From Phoronis australis (Eukaryota > Animalia > Phoronida): a stretch of 64,000 nucleotides of DNA. The DNA is taken from positions 62,001-126,000 of the forward strand of contig NMRA01000677.1 of the NCBI GenBank assembly GCA_002633005.1, written 5' to 3'. Of the stretch, positions 59,001 through 64,000 are shown piece after piece (position 1 is the stretch's first letter; each line of letters opens with the position of its first letter). The translations under genes were made by a program, and so were the position numbers. The notes under the pieces were generated by a model, which saw nothing but the letters and a program-made list of their open reading frames with translations, was not told the DNA's origin and did no database searches.

Positions 59001-62000
59001 CAAACCTCTCAATGACTGAAGACGGTTGCTAAATATAAACATGAAAAAATTCAATTTTACATCATTTGCAATGTTTCAACACTTCTAAAAATGTAGGGTT
59101 ACACCTTCAATATAACGTTGCCATGACCAGCTTTGCTATGATCAGACTTACTACCTTTCGTAAAAGACGAGTACACTTTTATGGCTTCAGACCCAGTGGA
59201 ATAAACTAAGACTGATGAAAGAAAATTGCACTCAACTGCAGATAGGATTGATTTTTTAAAGATATTGTTCGTGAACATGCAATCAGTCATGTTTTAGTTG
59301 GTGCTATGGGTATGGATTAAAAGTCTATGACAGTCACTTGTGGAATTGTGGCTATGCAAAAATTTACGAATTTACCAAAAAGTTGGTGGCTTCCGGCAAA
59401 AAGATCCTCAAGCTATTCAATATCAAGGGGAAGCAGCGTGGCCTACTTCGATAAGTGGCCGCTTCCTTTACAGAAGGTCTTGGGTTCGAGTCCTAGTGGG
59501 TCGCATTACTAGACCCTTGAGTCAGGTCTAGCTCCTCAGCTTGGTTTTAACTTCATGCTAATAAAGCATAAAAATGGTTTCAGGTGATCAGTGCAATGGG
59601 CCAACCTAAGCGGCCTATGCACGTCACGTATTACGCGTAACAGAAAACCAGACAGCCTGCAATGATTTTTTTTAATATATTCAACATCAAACCTTGTAAT
59701 GACCCGCTGCGACGTTTCTTCTTCTTCTGCCGTGAGTCATTCATGCCATCCAACTCATCACCATTGACGAAGCACGATGACATCATTTGTGCTCGTTCGG
59801 CGAGATCATCACTTACGATGCCGATTTGTGCCGCATTTTGGATGAAAAACTCCACAACCTCTGTCTGTGCTTGAAGTTGATTATCATTCTTGTCTGCACG
59901 CAAAAAATTCGGAGTTAAAACCACAGCCAAATTTGACGTGTCCATTTTGTTGAGCACCGATTTCGCAGCAACACTAGCCAGGGACATCATGGTGAATCGA
60001 AGAGTGCAAAGATGAGCCTTGGGTAGAAGAATGCTGAGTAAAAGGAGAGCTTTCGCCCGGTCCTCGGGGTCATCAAAGGAGCCCGCTTGGATGAAAGAAT
60101 CGTATAGATTTGACGTGAACAGACAGTCGGGCAGTTCTCTGAAGAAACGCTTCACTAAAGACGTAACATCAAACACGTGTGACTCTTGCACACTCTCTCC
60201 TCGATCAATAGCATCCTGAAAGATTGAGAAACACTAGTGAGTACAGTTCCAAAGAAATTTTCTTTGATCAGTCCCTTGTCAGCACAAGTTAATTAGCAAG
60301 AAATTGTTGTCTTGGAGAAGATAGAAGTTGACCATCATTACTATGCTCAGAAGTGCTGCGCAAAAAGTGAAATAGAGCAAAAACACGGTTCAGACAGGGC
60401 TCTTGCCCCCATTCACCTGTGAAAAAAGTTGTAGAGAGTACAGTTTTTGAGGAACGAACGTGAAACAAACGAAAAAACAAAGGAAGGTAACAACATGTTC
60501 GCAAATTTCAATAAAAACTTGACTTGCAACTCGACTCTTCATTCTTACACTCACAATACAGTTGACAAAATTCATTATTTTGCTAAGTTGTTATCACCAA
60601 ACAATTTATTCCATAATTTAGAACTAAAATTCATTATTGCCTATTAAATAACCAAGTGTACCTTCAACAGCTTCTGTCTAGCTACTGATCCATTTTTTCG
60701 AAACAGCCCTTCGGTGTCAACGTTTTTCTTGATGCATGCAAAGGCATCCGTGAGAAACCTGCAAAAAACAAAGTGTTTCGAGTAAGTCAGGAAAATAACA
60801 CTACAAACCACAAAGTGAACGCAGATTTGTTATTTTGCAAACGTTCAATTTTGAGTCTCACTGCTCTGATCACAGGATGTCAGGTCATAAATAAAAAGTG
60901 TAAATGTGTGTGTAACATTGTAGCATACTGCTCTAATGAAAGGATGAAGTTTAGTCATAAATACATCACAGTATAGTTGATCTTCAGGATTCAGGATTTA
61001 TTTACATAATTAAGGTCTACAGACAATCTGTGACTGAATGAAACGTGTAACTTGAACATTACGAAATCAATAATGACAGTATCAGTAACTCACAGCACCA
61101 TCTCATAACATTAAGAGGAAGTGATCATTTTTAATGGTATTAAATTTCCAATAATTTACACTAAAAATTTGTTTCCTTGTTGGGACTGAAACTAATCAAT
61201 AATTAATGCAACAGTTACCGCTTCCTCTTCCATTGTGAACAGAGATATTCTCACGGCAATTTGCGACCTCCTGGGGTGCAATTACATTTATTTGGAAACT
61301 GTTTGCTATCTTTTCCCTACAGATGATTGGTCACTGGACCTCTGTAAGTCATTGAGTGTCGCAGTCAATTACTACTATACTACTAGATGGAAGGGGACAT
61401 ACGAGGAGACAGAGCTCTTAACTTTTACTGTTGACATGGTGCCGGCCACAGTTACCCTATGTACAAACTTTGGACATTTTGCCAACGTGGATACAAAATC
61501 TAACCTTTTGCAACTTATTGAGTTCAAATTGTGAATTGCTGATTTTTTCCAAGAACACAGAAATTGCATCTAGCCAAAAAGGGAACAACTTAAGACATAC
61601 TGTGAAGTCAATGGTAAGTAGTTTAAAAGGACATTATTGATTTTACGGTCAAAAAATGCATTTTTGGTATTATTGCTGGATGGGATGAACTTCTTAAAGT
61701 TATCTGCTCTCATCAGAGTTTCAAAACAACAAAATATGTTGGTTTTTTTTTTGTAATATTATTAATCATCAACTCCCGCCATTGCCTGACAGACAGTCGC
61801 TGAAATCGAGGCCTTTGACTGTACCACCAAAAATAAGCTTCAAATACTCCATTTATTGAATGGTTTTCAAACACTGTTGTAAAGGGTCATATTTCAAAAT
61901 TTGTCAGGTGGTAGATATGGTACACAACTTTGAACTGTACCCATTTAGAGCTGCATATCCATTATGGATATAACGAAAAAATCAAATTTCATTTGTCAGC

Positions 62001-62457
62001 CACATTGCATCCTAAGTTGGAAAGATTTCACTGTATCAGGCAGGGCTTGGAATAGGAATGTTCAATGATAAAAAAGAGGAAAATTTTCCAGGTGATGTAT
62101 CATTCCAAAAATAAGGAAGGCTTGCGTGATAGAAATATTTTTTATGTTGTAAAGTTCAATTGAAATAAACATTTTTGCAACAAATAAAGTCAAAATATTT
62201 ATAAGAAAGAAAAAAGAGGAAACTGGAAATCAAATAAGATGAACTTGAAACCAAAAAGGAGGAAATCCTCTTCAAAGAGGAAAATTCCAAGCCCTGATCG
62301 AGACCAGAGCTGTTTTACATGAGGAAACCTGTTCAGACAGTCTTCTAGGTTAATAAAAGAAACATTACCTCGGTACCTGCCCGCACTCATCAGTTTCAAC
62401 GCAGGGTAGTGTATGAAGAGGACTCCCAAAAACACCGGCAGTGTTCCCTTTGGTATC
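52935..62457 (-). CDS. ARHGAP11A: Rho GTPase-activating protein 11A-like (5'-partial, 8 exons, ~1434 aa visible)
   Basis: Exons 62369-62457, 60662-60758, 59693-60215, 58691-58904, 58311-58387, 57049-57166, 56461-56551, 52935-56030 are phase-consistent. N-terminal RhoGAP domain: GVFGSPL..LP....GQVPRFLTDA...TEGLFRKNGSVARQK, DVTSLVKRFFRELP, NKMDTSNLAVVLTPN. This is followed by KKKKRRSGS and a long S/P/R-rich tail, the layout of ARHGAP11A. Confidence 0.88.
56461..56551 (-). CDS. ARHGAP11A: ARHGAP11A exon (PETPKQSPARKSKRGGFLRRLSGGNKNTSQ)
   Basis: tacag / gtatga. Confidence 0.82.
57049..57166 (-). CDS. ARHGAP11A: ARHGAP11A exon (GPVQKFDASPIIEFSQG...VVSPKKKKR)
   Basis: aatag / gtgcag (weak donor, chosen because it preserves the frame). 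Confidence 0.72.
58311..58387 (-). CDS. ARHGAP11A: ARHGAP11A exon (KAILQQISTPYTPASVMRSVKKTAG)
   Basis: tgtag / gtcagt; phases match neighbours. Confidence 0.78.
58691..58904 (-). CDS. ARHGAP11A: ARHGAP11A exon (GLVSNIKESLVKWRK...TPKVMRKRKAEDD...TKR)
   Basis: tacag / gtttgt. Confidence 0.88.
59428..59667 (+). mobile_element. tRNA-derived SINE, copy 3 (antisense within an ARHGAP11A intron)
   Basis: gtggcctac..., B-box ggttcgagtcc, body gacccttgagtcaggtctagctcctcagc, tail ccagacagcctgcaatgatt. Confidence 0.8.
59693..60215 (-). CDS. ARHGAP11A: ARHGAP11A exon, RhoGAP core
   Basis: ttcag / gtttga; KRFFRELP and NKM..SNLAVV motifs. Confidence 0.94.
60662..60758 (-). CDS. ARHGAP11A: ARHGAP11A exon with arginine finger (FLTDAFACIKKNVDTEGLFRKNGSVARQKLLK)
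   Basis: tgcag / gtacac. Confidence 0.93.
62041..62296. mobile_element. hAT-like MITE
   Basis: Perfect 13-bp TIR cagggcttggaat / attccaagccctg; agaggaaa subterminal repeats; TSD not recognisable. Confidence 0.7.
62369..62457 (-). CDS. ARHGAP11A: ARHGAP11A exon (DTKGNTAGVFGSPLHTLPCVETDECGQVPR)
   Basis: tacag / gtaatg; VFG..L start of the RhoGAP domain. Confidence 0.88.
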
Positions 62458-64000
62458 CTGTAAAAACACATTCAACAAATTTTTATTTCAGAACGTGCTA
62501 CATTTCTAGGGTTTACAGTATTTGGATTCGAGACTGGAAGAGACGTATTATAATTTCTCTTATTGGTATCTAATTTTGTATAAAACACTTGACAAAAGAT
62601 GTCATGGCTACAAAGTCATTATAGGTGGTGTTGGAGAAAAGAAAACATGGGCAGCCAACAGTAATCTCCAGCACTTTTTTGCGTTTTTTCGCAGTTCTCG
62701 CACCCTCCTCCCTAAAAGGAAAAACGATTATTTTTGATGTTATATTTTGCAGATCCCTGGTTCTCTTGAAGAGACATTTTTCCGATGGTAATTTCTGTTT
62801 CTTGGCGAGTCTGAGCTAAAAATGTAATAACAGAAGGTGATGTAAAATGTCCACCATCTTGGTTCTGTATTCACTTCTATTGAACAAACGCAAACGATCG
62901 GCATGCACCATGTTCAGTGCTTGATTTGTAAACCTGCACGTCGCTGATGCGATCTCAGATTTTGTTTGGCGACAAGGAAATAGAGTCAGACTTTTTGGAA
63001 AAAACGCAAAAGCCCGTCCATGACTCATTCACAGACTACAGGTCCCGATTGCCTGCATTTCCCTTTGGCATGAGATGAACCTGCATGGCATAATGGGCCT
63101 GTTACGCTTCTAAAGAAAAAAACAAAACAAAAAAGCCCCAAACAATCTCGGGTGTTCTGGCAGACGTCTCATTTCCTCAGTTTGCCCGTCAGATATATGA
63201 ATTATTCATTTATTCAGTTTTAATGTCAGTCCATTATGTGTGGAATGATTGAACGTATCAGTGCCAGATACAAGAGTACAGTAGTATAATTGCCTTGAAA
63301 ACTACATATGCACAGTTCAATAAATACTAGTATAGATAATCAGGGACCTTTATTTGTACTAATACGAAATGTAATATCAAAAATGATTGACTTTCTCTTT
63401 GGTACTAGCATAAAACCACAATAAAAGGATGAAATGTGGACAGACTGTTAAAAATAGAGAAAGTTGGAGAGCAAAGACATGCTCGATGGATACTTTCTTG
63501 TGCGCGGGAAGGTTTTATCTACGGTAACATCATACGATATAGCTTAAGTCAGCACATCCCTTATCTAGAGAAAATGAGTTTAGACTCTACTGACAGGTTG
63601 ATAAGAGCATTAGGATTTGAATCATCATGAAGACTTTTCGTAACTGTTACTTTGTAGTTTTTAAAGTCACAATTTTTCCCATGTTGCTGGCCAGAGATTT
63701 GTAATCTCCAGTTTACTGTAAATGAAGTGTAATCTTAGTGAAGTGACCGCAATCAGGGGTCGATTTGGGGCCCTGTTGGTTGCCAATGTCACCTTAAATT
63801 TTGTTTGGTGACTTGGTAAAAATCCCAGTAAATAGTTCGTCACAATGTCATCATGCCACATCCAAGAATGCACTCAAAATTACCGCAAGAAGCAAACAAA
63901 CGAAAGTCAGAAACGTTTGTCAAAAAATAGAGTCCAACTGCATTCCTCTGCCTCAATAGGAGTGCATTATATTAGGCCAGAGAGGGAGGCATTGATCGTC

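Noticed and set aside
62460-64000. Search for the first coding exon of ARHGAP11A
   Set aside because: No convincing ATG-bearing phase-0 exon found; presumed to lie beyond the window.

Overview
AT-rich, intron-dense genomic DNA from an invertebrate animal. The species cannot be determined from the sequence; the repeat types suggest a marine bilaterian. There is one 504-N gap (6489-6992) and two single-N joins (43920, 45706). Four spliced genes were reconstructed by hand with phase-consistent GT-AG exon chains: (1) PTK7/CCK4/off-track receptor pseudokinase (+, 16 exons, 4292-33121; signal peptide and Ig1 lie upstream of the window); (2) POLR1C/RPAC1 (-, 9 exons, 35661-44607, complete, 345 aa); (3) AP2S1 (+, 4 exons, 44824-50078, complete, 142 aa), head-to-head with POLR1C with only 216 bp between the start codons; (4) an ARHGAP11A-like RhoGAP (-, 8 exons, 52935-62457, 5' end outside the window) with a 3.1-kb last exon. 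Introns carry many non-autonomous elements: a tRNA-derived SINE (3 copies), Harbinger-, hAT- and Tc1/mariner-type MITEs, a HINE-like element and short tandem repeats. The most unusual region is 42.6-46.75 kb. There, both first introns flanking the bidirectional promoter are filled with large fold-back palindromes and related MITEs, and an exact 154-bp duplication at an N join looks like two haplotypes with different insertions. No prokaryotic-type system, rRNA, intact tRNA or autonomous transposon ORF was found, and I cannot demonstrate a new biological system from the sequence alone.
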